Shown: one piece after another, positions 1 through 9,711 of the stretch
Position numbering within the stretch: position 1 is the stretch's first letter
Layout: every line of letters starts with the position of its first letter
Origin: Gammaproteobacteria bacterium
Lineage (GTDB): Bacteria > Pseudomonadota > Gammaproteobacteria > HK1
Assembly: GCA_965202895.1 (NCBI GenBank)
Contig: OZ241901.1
Location: forward strand, 3,850,770-3,914,769
DNA length: 64,000 nt
Reading direction: 5' to 3'
Program-made: the position numbers and the translations under genes
The notes under the pieces: generated by a model
Databases searched by the model: none
Told to the model about the DNA's origin: nothing
The model's input: the letters and a program-made list of their open reading frames with translations, nothing else

Positions 1-882
1 GCCGAAGAACCCGTGGATCATGCCCGCGAACGGGGCGTGCTCGCACGAGCTCCCGGACCCGGCCAGGCGCTCGGCGTAGGCGATGCCCTCGTCACGGAGC
101 ACGTCGCATTCGGCGGTGATGACGAGGGCGGGAGGGAGGCCGGCGTGGTCGGCGGCGAGGAGCGGCGATGCCCGCCAGTCGCCCGCGGCGTCCGGCCCTC
201 CCAGGTAATGGCGCTGGAACCAGCGCATGGATTCGGCCTCCAGGGTCCCGTAGCCTCGGGCATAGCGTTCGTAGGACGCCCCGCGGCAACGGTAGTCGGT
301 CACCGGGTAGACGAGGAGCTGGTGGCGGAGCGCGGGGCCTCCCTCGTCGCGGGCGAGGAGGGCCGTCACCGCCGCGAGGTTCCCGCCCGCGGAGTCGCCG
401 CCGACCGCGATGCGCGCCGGGTCCGCCCCGATGCGCCCGCCATGCCCGGCGAGCCACCGCACGACCGCGAGGCAGTCGTCGACGGCGGCCGGGAAGGGGT
501 GCTCGGGCCCCATGCGGTAATCGACCGAGACCACCATGCATCCGGCTTCCCGGCAGAGGCTGCGCGCGATCGTGTCGTGGGTGTCGAGGCTGCCGATCAC
601 GTGCCCGCCGCCGTGAAAGTAGGCGAGCACGGGCCGGGGTCCGCCCGGCGCGTCCGGTTCCCGGTAGACCCGGACCGGCACCGGGCCGGCCGGGCCGGGG
701 AGCTCCCGATCCTCGACCGCGGCGACGGGCGGGGGAGGGAACACCTCGAGGCGCGCCTTCATCCCCGCCTCGAACTGCGCGCGCGCCTCCTCGGGGGCGA
801 GCTCCTGGATGGACGGCAGCCCGGCCGCGGCGACCTGCCGGAGAAAGGCCTGGATCTCGGGATGCACGTCGGTCGGGATCAT
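1..882 (-). CDS. alpha/beta hydrolase fold-3 esterase/lipase (start inside window, 3' end runs off the left edge)
   Basis: The minus-strand frame is open from the ATG (rc of 880-882) to position 1. It is absent from the ORF track because there is no stop in the window. My translation begins MIPTDVHPEIQAFLRQ... It contains the HGGG oxyanion motif (AYFHGGGH, rc of 601-624) and the GDSAGG nucleophile motif (VGGDSAGGN, rc of ~379-405). Confidence 0.8.
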   Translation of the reverse strand, partial: MIPTDVHPEIQAFLRQVAAAGLPSIQELAPEEARAQFEAGMKARLEVFPPPPVAAVEDRELPGPAGPVPVRVYREPDAPGGPRPVLAYFHGGGHVIGSLDTHDTIARSLCREAGCMVVSVDYRMGPEHPFPAAVDDCLAVVRWLAGHGGRIGADPARIAVGGDSAGGNLAAVTALLARDEGGPALRHQLLVYPVTDYRCRGASYERYARGYGTLEAESMRWFQRHYLGGPDAAGDWRASPLLAADHAGLPPALVITAECDVLRDEGIAYAERLAGSGSSCEHAPFAGMIHGFFG

Positions 883-1004
883 CCATCGGCTCCGGCGGCG
901 GATCGGAAGGGGCGCCGCCCCGCGGGCGCCGATGGTACGAGATCGCGGCGTTCCGTGCAGGCGCGCGAGAACGGGCTGGGTGGGGGACGTTCCCCGATGC
1001 CGCA

Positions 1005-1040
1005 CCCTGCCCGGCGAAAACCCCACCGCGCACATGCCTC
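1005..1040 (+). repeat. solo 3'-end fragment of the type-1 MITE-like repeat
   Basis: ctgcccggcgaaaaccccaccgcgcacatgcctc matches the 3' terminus of the six full type-1 copies (...ggcgaaaaccccacagcgcacatgcctc). Confidence 0.5.
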
Positions 1041-1118
1041 CGGCCGCGCGGGTCTTGCATTGCGGCCGCGCGGGGCGCAGCATTTCCGCCCGTTCCGAAC
1101 GGAAGGGAGGGCCTCCAG

Positions 1119-1679
1119 GTGGAGGGTGCAGGAGGAACCGCGACACCGGACGCCGCATCCGGGCCGTCGGTCAAGGGGCTTCACCACGCGGCCTTTCGCT
1201 GCCGCGATTCCGAGGAGACCCGCCGGTTCTACGAGGACTTCCTCGGGCTCCCGCTCGTGGAGGCGTTCGAGATCCGGGAGACGATGACGGGCCGGGCGAC
1301 CAGGGTGCTCCATACCTTCTTCGAGATGGGCGACGGGTCGTGCATGGCGTTCTTCGAGGCGCCCGGCCGGCCGTTCGAGTTCAAGGCCCAGCACGATTTC
1401 GACCTTCACATCGCGCTCGAGGTGGACGCTGCCGGGCTCGAGGCCAGGTTCGAGCAGGGGAGGGCGCTCGGAATCGAGACCCGCGGCATCGCGGACCACG
1501 GGTTCATCCGGTCCATCTACTTCCGCGACCCGAACGGGTACGTCGTGGAGCTGTCCGCCAAGAAGGCGGACCCGGCGCCCCCTGGTACGGGGGACCGTAC
1601 CCGCGCCGCCCGCGATGCACTCGACGAGTGGCAGAGGTCCAAGCCGGACGCCGCCCGCCCGGACGAGACCGGCCCATGA
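1119..1679 (+). CDS. VOC family (glyoxalase/bleomycin-resistance/dioxygenase fold) protein
   Basis: This is the C-terminal part of ORF 168..1679: VKGLHHAAFRCRDSEETRRFYEDFLGLPLVE...IRSIYFRDPNGYVVELS. An in-frame GTG at 1119 lies 8 nt after GGAGG (1106-1110). Upstream of that the ORF is antisense to the esterase. Confidence 0.8.
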   Translation: MEGAGGTATPDAASGPSVKGLHHAAFRCRDSEETRRFYEDFLGLPLVEAFEIRETMTGRATRVLHTFFEMGDGSCMAFFEAPGRPFEFKAQHDFDLHIALEVDAAGLEARFEQGRALGIETRGIADHGFIRSIYFRDPNGYVVELSAKKADPAPPGTGDRTRAARDALDEWQRSKPDAARPDETGP

Positions 1680-1707
1680 ACCGAAACGATCCCCGGGAGA
1701 AGCAGCC

Positions 1708-2625
1708 ATGAACACCGCCGCCAGCCTGGCGACCCCCGCCCTCGAATCCGCCTGCGCCCAGCGTGCGCTCTACTGGTCCGCCGCCAACAACTTCCGGAAG
1801 GGTCAGCCGGACGTTCCGCGCCACGTCTTCGTCCGAGAGCGCGACCGGGCGCTCGACGACGGGACGGGCACCGCCCTCATCCCCCTCGACCTCTCCGACC
1901 GGCTCGGGCTCGACTATCCCGCGAGCGTCCCGAACCTTCTCGCCCGCTACGTGCGGGTGGAAGGCGGGGACGAGATCGCATACGAGCTCGCCTCGTCCGG
2001 CGAGGCGTATTACGTCATGGAGGGGGACGGCGAGGCCGAAAAGGCGGACGAGCGGTTCGCCTGGGCGGCGGGAGACGTGTTCGTGCTGCCGGGGGCCGGC
2101 GGGCCGACCCGGATCCGCGCGGGCGGGAGCGGCGCGCTCCTGTGGATGGTGACCGACGAGCCGGTGTTCTCCTACTTCGGGGTCGGGGAGGCCCCGTTCC
2201 GCAACGGCCCCGGGGCGGTCCACTACCCGGCCGAGGCCATCGAGGCCGAGATGGCCCTCATCCACCGGCGGGTGGACGACGGCCGGCAGTCCGGCAAGGC
2301 GGTCCTGTTCAGCCGCGCCGACCTCGAGGCGAACCACCTCGCGACCCCTACCGTCGCGTTCGCCTTCAACTCCCTCCCGCCCGAGGAAGACCAGCCCCCG
2401 CACCGCCACAACGCGGCCGCCCTCACCCTCTGCGTGCGGGGCGAAGGGGTCTACTCGATGGTGGACGGGCGGAAGGTGGACTGGATGGACCGTGCGGTCA
2501 TGGTGACCCCGCCCTCGGCCCTGCACTCCCACCACAACCGGGGGCCGGAGATGATGTACAGCGTCGTCGCCCAGGACGGCGGGGTCTTCTACAACGCCCG
2601 AACGCTCGGCTACGCCCCGGACTGA
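1708..2625 (+). CDS. bicupin protein, gentisate 1,2-dioxygenase-like
   Basis: ATG 1708 (MNTAASL...) follows GGGAGA. There are two cupin-like halves: GEAYYVMEGDGE...GDVFVLPG and HRHNAAALTLCVRGEGVYSMVDGRKVDWMDRAVMVTPPSALHSHHN. Confidence 0.75.
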   Translation: MNTAASLATPALESACAQRALYWSAANNFRKGQPDVPRHVFVRERDRALDDGTGTALIPLDLSDRLGLDYPASVPNLLARYVRVEGGDEIAYELASSGEAYYVMEGDGEAEKADERFAWAAGDVFVLPGAGGPTRIRAGGSGALLWMVTDEPVFSYFGVGEAPFRNGPGAVHYPAEAIEAEMALIHRRVDDGRQSGKAVLFSRADLEANHLATPTVAFAFNSLPPEEDQPPHRHNAAALTLCVRGEGVYSMVDGRKVDWMDRAVMVTPPSALHSHHNRGPEMMYSVVAQDGGVFYNARTLGYAPD

Positions 2626-2967
2626 CCTGGGGGAGACGGGAGGAGGCGGGCGGGCCGGCGGCGGACCCCGAGGGGTTCCCGGAGGGGAGTCATGCGGAAT
2701 GGTCGACCGACCGGTTCGGCCCCCGTCGGGCAGGGATGCCGCTCCACTTCTTCTCGCTCAGCGTCCGGGAGGACCCGGGACGGCGCCGAACGCAGGCCGT
2801 TGCGCCGAATGGACCAGGCAGGGCTATCGCCCCACCGTCGACCATTCCGGATGATCCCCTTCCGAGGCGTCTCGCACCGCCTGCCGCCGGGGTGCGATCG
2901 GGCTCGGGAGCGGCGCATCGGGAGCGGTGCATCGCCGGCTTCCGCCGGCCGCCGCACCGCGACCGGG

Positions 2968-3261
2968 TCAATCGGCGGCGGCGGGCTCGCTTGGCGGAGC
3001 GGGCCGCCACGGCCCTTCCAGCCGGGCCAGCCGCTCACCCTGATCGATTTGACGTGCGGCGACGGAGGCGAGCACGGCGCGCACGCGCTCCTGACCCTGT
3101 TCGAGCCTGGCGAGCCGTTCGCCTTGATCGATCTGGCGCTTGGCGAGGTCCGCCACGTCCGCCCGGAGCGTGCTGTTCATGCGCCACGTGGACCCGATGA
3201 TCGCCACCGCGGCCCCGACGATGGCGATCAGGATCGTGGTGGCGCCCGCGTCGAAGGTCAT
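2968..3261 (-). CDS. small membrane-anchored coiled-coil protein (hypothetical)
   Basis: Internal ATG of ORF 2968..3435. The product has an N-terminal TM segment (ATTILIAIVGAAVAIIGS) and then two copies of RQIDQGERLARLE. There is no strong SD. Confidence 0.4.
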   Translation of the reverse strand: MTFDAGATTILIAIVGAAVAIIGSTWRMNSTLRADVADLAKRQIDQGERLARLEQGQERVRAVLASVAARQIDQGERLARLEGPWRPAPPSEPAAAD

Positions 3262-3452
3262 GATGCGGCTCGGGGGTGGCGTCGGGGCGGGAAGGCGATC
3301 CGGCGACCGGACCCGCCGGTACTCCGCTTCTCGTGGGGTCGGGGCGGGCGGTGAAGCACGCGGCAACGAAGCGTGCCGGTGTCCTCGACGCCTGTACAAG
3401 CCGCGATTCCCTTCCACGACGTCATGGATTTTCAACAGGTACTCGCATCGTC

Positions 3453-3528
3453 TGGCTCCCCGGGAGGGACTCGAACCCCCGACCTAGTGGTTAACAGCCA
3501 CCCGCTCTACCGGCTGAGCTACCGAGGA
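3453..3528 (-). tRNA. tRNA-Asn (anticodon GTT)
   Basis: The rc reads TCCTCGGTAGCTCAGCCGGTAGAGCGGGTGGCTGTTAACCACTAGGTCGGGGGTTCGAGTCCCTCCCGGGGAGCCA. It folds as a cloverleaf with GTT in the anticodon loop and an encoded CCA. Confidence 0.9.
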
Positions 3529-3604
3529 ACGCGCGGGATCGTAAGGGCGCGCGGCGGCCGGGGTCAATGGCCGGCGCCCCGTCGCCGGCGCCCCGTCGCG
3601 GGAT

Positions 3605-3847
3605 CGTTTCACCCCGACCGATTCGCGGCCAAGTGCCAATCAATGCCCACCGCTCCTCCTGGGAACGCTTGTGTCCCGCCCGCAAATGGGATGGCAAGAC
3701 CACTGCGGACCGATGCGGGCGGGACACAAGCGTTCCCAGGACGCCCGCATCCGTGGAAGGCGTCGTTCCCAGGACCTCCACCGCCCCGATCCGACCGAAC
3801 CGGGTTCGCCCGCGCGAACCGATCCCGCAGCGTGAACCGGCCCTGCC
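3605..3847 (+). repeat. type-2 composite palindromic (REP/BIME-like) element
   Basis: Left arm: gtttcaccccgaccgattcgcggcc...caatgcccaccgc. Central long hairpin: tgggaacgcttgtgtcccgcccgca...tgcgggcgggacacaagcgttccca. Right arm: ...gaaccgggttcgcccgcgcgaaccgatcccgcagcgtgaacc. Homologous copies lie at 33335, 42717 and 56895. Confidence 0.7.
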
Positions 3848-3860
3848 CCGCCGCCTCCGG

Positions 3861-5054
3861 CTACTTCGTGCCCATCGCCTCCGCGAGCCGGTCGAGGGCG
3901 GCTTGGAGGTTCTCCATGCTGGTCGCGAACGAGAGGCGCATGAAGCCGGGGGCGCCGAAGGCGGACCCGGGCACCACCGCGACCCGGGCCGCCTCCAGGA
4001 GCCACTCCGCGTAGGCGACGTCGTCGTTGGCGTTGCGGTGCGCGGCGATGGCGCCCCCGAAGTCCGGGAAGGCGTAGAACGCGCCTCGCCCCGGTACGCA
4101 GCTCACCCCCGCGAGCTCGTTGAGCCGCCGGTTCACGTAGTCGTGGCGTTCGTGGAAGATGCGGCTCCGCTCCTCGACGTAGGCGTGGTCCCCGGAGAGG
4201 GCGGCCGCCGCGGCGGCCTGGGAGATGGAGCAGGGATTCGAGGTGCACTGGGACTGGATCTTCCGCATCGCGGCGCTGATCGCGTCCGGGGCCGCCGCGT
4301 AGCCGATGCGCCAGCCGGTCATCGCATAGGCCTTGGAGACCCCGTTCAGCACCACCGTGCGGTCCATGAGGTCCGGCGCGGCGTCGAGGACGTTCGAGAA
4401 CGGCTCGTCGTCCCACATGATCTTCTCGTACATGTCGTCGGTGGCGACCACGACGCCGGGGTGGCGGCGGAGCACCTCCGCGAGCCCCTCGAGCTCGCTC
4501 CGCCGGTAGCAGGCGCCGGTCGGATTGGAGGGGCTGTTGAGGATGAGGAGCCGGGTGCGCGGGGTGATGGCCGATTCGAGCTGCTCGGGGGTCATCTTGA
4601 ACCCGGAGGCGGCGCCCGTCTCCACCACCACCGGCGCCCCGCCCGCGAGGAGGACCACGTCCGTGTACGAGACCCAGTAGGGTGCGGGCACGATGGCCTC
4701 GTCGCCGGTGTCGACGATGCACTGCACGAGGTTGTAGAGCGAGTTCTTGCCCCCGCTCGACACCACGACCTGGGACGGCCGGTAGTCGAGATCGTGGTCC
4801 CGCTTCATCTTGGCTATGATCGCTTCCTTGATCTCCGGGGTTCCGTCCACCGCCGTGTACCTCGTCCGGCCCGCGTCCATCGCGTCCTTCGCGGCCTGGA
4901 GGACGAAGCCGGCCGTGTCGAAATCCGGCTCCCCGGCGCCGAGGCCGATGACGTCGTGCCCCGCCTCCCGGAGCCGGCGGGCCTTGTCCGTGACCGCGAT
5001 GGTGGGAGATTCCTTGATGGCGTGGATTCGATTCGAGAGATTCACGGAACGCAT
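3861..5054 (-). CDS. pyridoxal-phosphate-dependent aspartate/aromatic aminotransferase (class I)
   Basis: These are the last 397 aa of track ORF 3861..7223(-): [21 protein letters not shown]...NSPSNPTG...[13 protein letters not shown]...MRLSFA. The rest of that ORF is antisense to uvrB. Confidence 0.9.
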   Translation of the reverse strand: MRSVNLSNRIHAIKESPTIAVTDKARRLREAGHDVIGLGAGEPDFDTAGFVLQAAKDAMDAGRTRYTAVDGTPEIKEAIIAKMKRDHDLDYRPSQVVVSSGGKNSLYNLVQCIVDTGDEAIVPAPYWVSYTDVVLLAGGAPVVVETGAASGFKMTPEQLESAITPRTRLLILNSPSNPTGACYRRSELEGLAEVLRRHPGVVVATDDMYEKIMWDDEPFSNVLDAAPDLMDRTVVLNGVSKAYAMTGWRIGYAAAPDAISAAMRKIQSQCTSNPCSISQAAAAAALSGDHAYVEERSRIFHERHDYVNRRLNELAGVSCVPGRGAFYAFPDFGGAIAAHRNANDDVAYAEWLLEAARVAVVPGSAFGAPGFMRLSFATSMENLQAALDRLAEAMGTK

Positions 5055-5126
5055 GCTCCTCGTTCGCCGGCCGCCCGGCGGTGGGGTTGGAACCGCGTCA
5101 TTGTAGGCGAGAGCGCGGGCCGCTTC

Positions 5127-7178
5127 ATGGAGCACGGGGACGGAAACGGAAGCGCCCGGGGCGGCCGCCGCGACCGCTTCGAGCTCGAAGCGGGCTTCCG
5201 GCCCTCCGGCGACCAGGGGCCGGCCGCCGCCGCCCTCGTGGACGGGCTCGGGAACGGGCTCGCCCACCAGACCCTGCTGGGGGTGACCGGGTCCGGAAAG
5301 ACCTTCACCATCGCCAACGTCATCCGCTCCATCCAGCGGCCGACCCTGGTGCTCGCGCCCAACAAGACCCTCGCCGCCCAGCTCTACGGGGAGATGCGCG
5401 AGTTCTTTCCGCGCAACGCGGTCGAGTACTTCGTCTCCTACTACGACTACTACCAGCCCGAAGCGTACATCCCCTCGACCGACACCTACATCGAGAAGGA
5501 CGCCTCGATCAACGAGCACGTGGAGCAGATGCGCCTCTCCGCCACGAAGGCGCTCCTCGAGCGCGCGGACACGATCATCGTCGCCACCGTCTCGGCGATC
5601 TACGGCCTCGGCGACCCCGAACGCTTCCATGCCATGGTGCTCCACCTGGTGCGGGGAGGGCGGATCGACCAGCGCGAGCTGCTGCGCCGCCTCGCCGAGC
5701 TCCAGTACACGCGCACTTCCCTCGAGCTGCGCCGCGGCAGCTACCGGGTGCGCGGCGACGTCATCGACGTCTACCCCGCCGAGTCGGAGCGCGAGGCGGT
5801 GCGGATCGAGCTCTTCGACGACGAGATCGAGGCGCTCTCGCGCTTCGACCCCCTGACCGGCGAGGTGTCCGCGACCATCCCGCGGTACACGATCTACCCC
5901 AAGAACCACTACGTGACCCCGCGCGACACGGTCGTCGACGCGGTCGACGCGATCCGCGAGGAGCTGAGGGGGCGGCTGCACGAGCTGCGGGCGGGGCAGA
6001 AGCTGGTGGAGGCGCAGCGTCTCGAGCAGCGCACCCGCTTCGACCTCGAGATGCTCCAGGAGATCGGCCACTGCAAGGGGATCGAGAACTACTCGCGCTA
6101 CCTCTCCGGGAGGGCTCCGGGCGAGCCGCCGCCCACCCTGTTCGACTACCTCCCGGCAGGGGCGCTGCTCGTCATCGACGAGAGCCACGTCACCGTGCCC
6201 CAGCTCGGCGCGATGTACCGCGGGGACCGCTCGCGCAAGGAGACCCTGGTGCGGTACGGGTTCCGCCTGCCGTCGGCGCTCGACAACCGGCCGCTGCGCT
6301 TCGACGAGCTCGAACGCATCTCGCCCCAGACGGTGTACGTGTCGGCCACCCCGGGTTCCTACGAGCGGGAGCGTTCCGGCGACGTGGTGGAGCAGCTCGT
6401 GCGGCCGACGGGGCTCGTGGACCCGGAGGTCGAGATACGCCCCGCGATCACCCAGGTCGACGACGTGCTGGGGGAGATCAACCGCCGCGCCGGGGCGGGG
6501 GAGCGGGTGCTCGTGACCGTGCTCACCAAGCGGATGGCCGAGGACCTGACCGAGTACCTCGCCGAGCACCAGGTGCGGGTGCGCTACCTCCACTCCGACA
6601 TCGATACGATCGAGCGGGTCGAGATCATCCGGGACCTTCGCCTCGGCGAGTTCGACGTCCTCGTCGGCATCAACCTGCTCCGGGAAGGGCTCGACATGCC
6701 GGAGGTCTCCCTCGTCGCGATCCTCGATGCCGACAAGGAGGGCTTCCTCCGCTCCGAGCGCTCGCTCATCCAGACCATCGGGCGGGCGGCGCGCAACATC
6801 AACGGTACGGCCATCCTGTACGCCGATGCGCCGACCGACTCGATGAAGCGGGCGATCCGGGAGACCGACCGGCGCCGTGCGCGCCAGGTCGACTACAACC
6901 GGGAGCACGGGGTCACGCCGCGCGGGATCCGGAAGGCGGTGATGGACGTCATGGAGGGAGCGCGGCAGGGGCCGGCCGCGAGCCCGCGGAAGTTCGTCGA
7001 AGGGGCGAACGCCTTCATCCGGGACGCCGCCCTCGGGCGCGAAGACCTCGACGCGCGCATCGCCGACCTCGAGCGCCGGATGTTCAAGCACGCCGATGAT
7101 CTCGAATTCGAGGAGGCGGCCCGGATCCGGGACCGTATCCAGCAGCTTCAGGCGGCGGGGCTCGGGCTCGCGAGCTGA
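5127..7178 (+). CDS. uvrB: excinuclease ABC subunit B
   Basis: GDQGPA...[26 protein letters not shown], the helicase motifs, and a C-terminal UVR domain ([14 protein letters not shown]). ATG 5127 is in frame within ORF 3567..7178. Confidence 0.95.
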   Translation: MEHGDGNGSARGGRRDRFELEAGFRPSGDQGPAAAALVDGLGNGLAHQTLLGVTGSGKTFTIANVIRSIQRPTLVLAPNKTLAAQLYGEMREFFPRNAVEYFVSYYDYYQPEAYIPSTDTYIEKDASINEHVEQMRLSATKALLERADTIIVATVSAIYGLGDPERFHAMVLHLVRGGRIDQRELLRRLAELQYTRTSLELRRGSYRVRGDVIDVYPAESEREAVRIELFDDEIEALSRFDPLTGEVSATIPRYTIYPKNHYVTPRDTVVDAVDAIREELRGRLHELRAGQKLVEAQRLEQRTRFDLEMLQEIGHCKGIENYSRYLSGRAPGEPPPTLFDYLPAGALLVIDESHVTVPQLGAMYRGDRSRKETLVRYGFRLPSALDNRPLRFDELERISPQTVYVSATPGSYERERSGDVVEQLVRPTGLVDPEVEIRPAITQVDDVLGEINRRAGAGERVLVTVLTKRMAEDLTEYLAEHQVRVRYLHSDIDTIERVEIIRDLRLGEFDVLVGINLLREGLDMPEVSLVAILDADKEGFLRSERSLIQTIGRAARNINGTAILYADAPTDSMKRAIRETDRRRARQVDYNREHGVTPRGIRKAVMDVMEGARQGPAASPRKFVEGANAFIRDAALGREDLDARIADLERRMFKHADDLEFEEAARIRDRIQQLQAAGLGLAS

Positions 7179-7351
7179 ATGCGGCCCGCGCGGCGCAACG
7201 CCTGCGCCGCGCCCGTACGACACGCGTGGCGGCGCGGCGCGCCCGTTGCGCTGCTTCCCCCGGACCGGGAACGAGGCGATCCGCGGGTACGGCCCGCCGG
7301 CCGTTCGCGGCTCGGCGTGCGGTCATCAGGTGTGATCCACCGATCCCCGCC

Positions 7352-7452
7352 GGCATTTGGACGATACCCAAATAGACAATCGGACGCTTCCATAACCAGC
7401 AATCAGACGCTTCCATCATCGGCAAATGGACGATATTCTGATCGGCAAATGG
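7352..7452. promoter_or_regulatory. nested direct repeats in an AT-richer leader, upstream of and overlapping the ATPase start
   Basis: CGGCA(T/A)(T/A)TGGACGATA occurs at 7351-7366 and 7420-7435, with a third partial copy CGGCAAATGG at 7443-7452. CAATC(G/A)GACGCTTCCAT occurs at 7377-7393 and 7400-7416. Confidence 0.3.
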
Positions 7453-8693
7453 CCGCTCCGAATACACTGTTGCCGCGGCACTTGGCGCCGGTCGTCCGAT
7501 CGGCGTTGCAGGATACGCCGGTCGTCTGCGTGCTCGGGCCGCGCCAGAGCGGCAAGACGACCCTGGTGCGGAGCCTGGCCCCGGAGAGGGCCTTCGTCAG
7601 CCTGGACGAGCCGGACTACCTGTACGCTGCCGCCATCGATCCGGCAGGTTTCATCGCAAGCCTGCCGCAGGAGGTGACCCTCGACGAAGTGCAGCGGGCG
7701 CCCGGATTGCTGCCCGCCATCAAGCTGGCAGTGGACCGCAACCGCCGGCCCGCCCGCTTTCTGCTGACGGGTTCGGCCAATCTCCTGCTGCTGCCCAAGG
7801 TCACCGAATCCCTTGCCGGGCGTATGGAGATCGCCCAACTGCACCCGCTGACGGAGGCGGAGAAGGCCCGCCGTCCGGGCCGCTTCGTCCAGGCCCTGCT
7901 GGAGGGGGCCCTCGCGCCCTCGATCGACCCGCCGCCCGCGGAAGCGCCGCCATTGCCGGAACGGCTCGTGGCCGGCGGCTATCCCGAGCCGCTGACGCGG
8001 ACGCCGGCGCGGGCCCGGCAATGGCGCCGGCAGTATCTGCGCAGCGTGATCGAGCGGGACGTGAGGGACGTGGCGCGGGTCAAGGACGCCGACGACCTGG
8101 CGCGGCTGCTGGAGCTCCTCGCCCTGCGCGGCGCGCATCTGCTCAACGTCAGCCGCCTGGCTGGCGGGCTCGGCCTGCGCCGGGAGACGGTGGAACGCTA
8201 TCTCTCGGTGCTCGAGCGGCTGTTCCTGCTGCGCCGGCTGCGGCCCTGGCACGGCAACGCCGCCAAGCGCCTCGTCAAGTCCCCCAAGGCGCATCTGCTG
8301 GACAGCGGCCTCGCCGCCACCCTGGCCGATCTGACGGAGCGGGACTGGCTCCGCCAGCGGCAGCGAATGGGGCGCCTGCTGGAGTCCTTCGTGGTCCAGC
8401 AACTCGTCGCGCAGGCCTCGTGGACGGACCCCGATCTGCGGTTCTGGCACTACCGGGACAAGGATCAGGCAGAGGTGGACGTGGTGATGACCCGCGGCCG
8501 CAGTGTCTGGGGCGTGGAGATCAAGGCGGCCCGCTCCCTGGCCGGCGGTGACGGACGCGGCCTCGCCCGGCTCGCCGCCATCTGCGGTGCGGACTTCCGG
8601 CAAGGCGTGCTGTTCCATACCGGAACGGATCTGCTGCCGATGGCCGACGAGCGTATGCTCGCGGCGCCGCTCTCGGCGTTGTGGGAGTGGTAG
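7449..8693 (+). CDS. AAA family ATPase with DUF4143-type C-terminal domain
   Basis: MAAPNTLLPRHL...VLGPRQSGKTTL (Walker A)...FLLTGSANL...HLLDSGL...YRDKDQAEVDVV. ATG 7449 is in frame in ORF 7179..8693. Confidence 0.85.
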   Translation: MAAPNTLLPRHLAPVVRSALQDTPVVCVLGPRQSGKTTLVRSLAPERAFVSLDEPDYLYAAAIDPAGFIASLPQEVTLDEVQRAPGLLPAIKLAVDRNRRPARFLLTGSANLLLLPKVTESLAGRMEIAQLHPLTEAEKARRPGRFVQALLEGALAPSIDPPPAEAPPLPERLVAGGYPEPLTRTPARARQWRRQYLRSVIERDVRDVARVKDADDLARLLELLALRGAHLLNVSRLAGGLGLRRETVERYLSVLERLFLLRRLRPWHGNAAKRLVKSPKAHLLDSGLAATLADLTERDWLRQRQRMGRLLESFVVQQLVAQASWTDPDLRFWHYRDKDQAEVDVVMTRGRSVWGVEIKAARSLAGGDGRGLARLAAICGADFRQGVLFHTGTDLLPMADERMLAAPLSALWEW

Positions 8694-8742
8694 CCGCCCG
8701 GGACCTTCTTCCAGGCCATGTACTCGCCGATCCGGACCGGAC

Positions 8743-8785
8743 CAGGGCCGTTTCACGCTCCGGAATCGGTTCGCGCGGACTGGAC
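8743..8785 (-). repeat. fragment (one arm) of the type-2 repeat
   Basis: ccgtttcacgctccggaatcggttcgcgcgg matches the gtttcacgc(t/c)gcggaatcggttcgcggg arm of the other type-2 copies. Confidence 0.4.
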
Positions 8786-9119
8786 TTGCCCCGGTCCGTG
8801 GACGATTGATGGTTTTCGCCCCCGTTGGTCCGAGGAGCAAGCACCGGTGAGGATGGATTCTCCTCAGGTCCCGGGGGCGGGAAGCCTCCCCGAGGGTGGT
8901 TCGGGGCCTCGGCGTGTGCGAGCGCGTCGGTCGCGGCGCGGCGTTCATGGGCCGGCCGTACTCGCCGGACGCGGAGGCCCGCGAAATCGTCCGTGGTCAT
9001 CCGCTCCCGTGGCCGGATGGGATCGGAAGCGTTACCGAGGGAAAGCGGTCATACTGACGGCGGCCTGGAACAGCCGGACGGTGCATGACGGTGCGCCGAT
9101 GGAGGCGAGGAACCGAACC

Positions 9120-9656
9120 ATGCGCCACTTCAACACCACCGGCCCGGTCAAACCCGACAAGCACTACTGCATCCCGCCGCTCGCCCGTCCGGATCCGGAC
9201 GAGGTCCTCCGGCTGGTAGACGGCGAGAAGTACTTCGTGCTGCACGCTCCCCGGCAGACGGGCAAGACCTCCGCTCTCCCGGCGCTGTGCGACCTGCTCA
9301 ACGGGTAAGGCTACGCCTGCGTGTACACCACCGTCGAGACCGCACGTACGGCCCGCGAAGACGTGGAACAGGCAATGCGGACGGTGCTCCCCCGACTGGG
9401 ATCGGATGCGTGGTCGGCGTTGGGTGACGATTTTCTGGCCAGGGAGTGGTCCGGCATTCTGGCCGGGTTCGGTCCGAACGGGGCGCTGGGCGAGGCGCCG
9501 AGGCGCTGGGCGGAGGCGTCGCCGAAGCCGCTGGTGCTGCTCATCGACGAGATCGACACGCTCCAGGGCGACCCGCTGCTCTTGGCGCTCCAGCAGCTAC
9601 GCGCGGGCTACCCCATGCGCCCGGACGGCTTTCCGTACACCGGCGACGTCCCTTGA
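9120..9656 (+). pseudogene. AAA-ATPase-like protein, interrupted by an in-frame TAA and 3'-truncated
   Basis: MRHFNTTGPVKPDKHYCIPPL...YFVLHAPRQTGKTSAL...LLNG is followed by TAA (9306-9308). The same frame then continues GYACVYTTVETAR...LVLLIDEIDTL...RAGYPMRPDGFP and ends abruptly at 9656, just before the autotransporter. Confidence 0.7.
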
Positions 9657-9711
9657 CGCCGTCCGGTTTCGATTTCCAGGGCTGCATATCTTCGATTCGA
9701 TGGAGGTTTCG

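Noticed and set aside
168-1118. Upstream two-thirds of plus-strand ORF 168..1679, and ORF 13..1287.
   Set aside because: These overlap the well-supported minus-strand esterase and translate to Arg/Pro/Gly repeats. Only the segment from GTG 1119, which has an SD, encodes the VOC domain.
5055-7223. N-terminal ~720 aa of the 1120-aa minus-strand ORF 3861..7223.
   Set aside because: It lies exactly antisense to uvrB. Its composition is Arg/Gly/Pro/Val-rich low complexity, typical of shadow frames in high-GC DNA. Only the last 397 aa (the aminotransferase, 3861..5054) look real.
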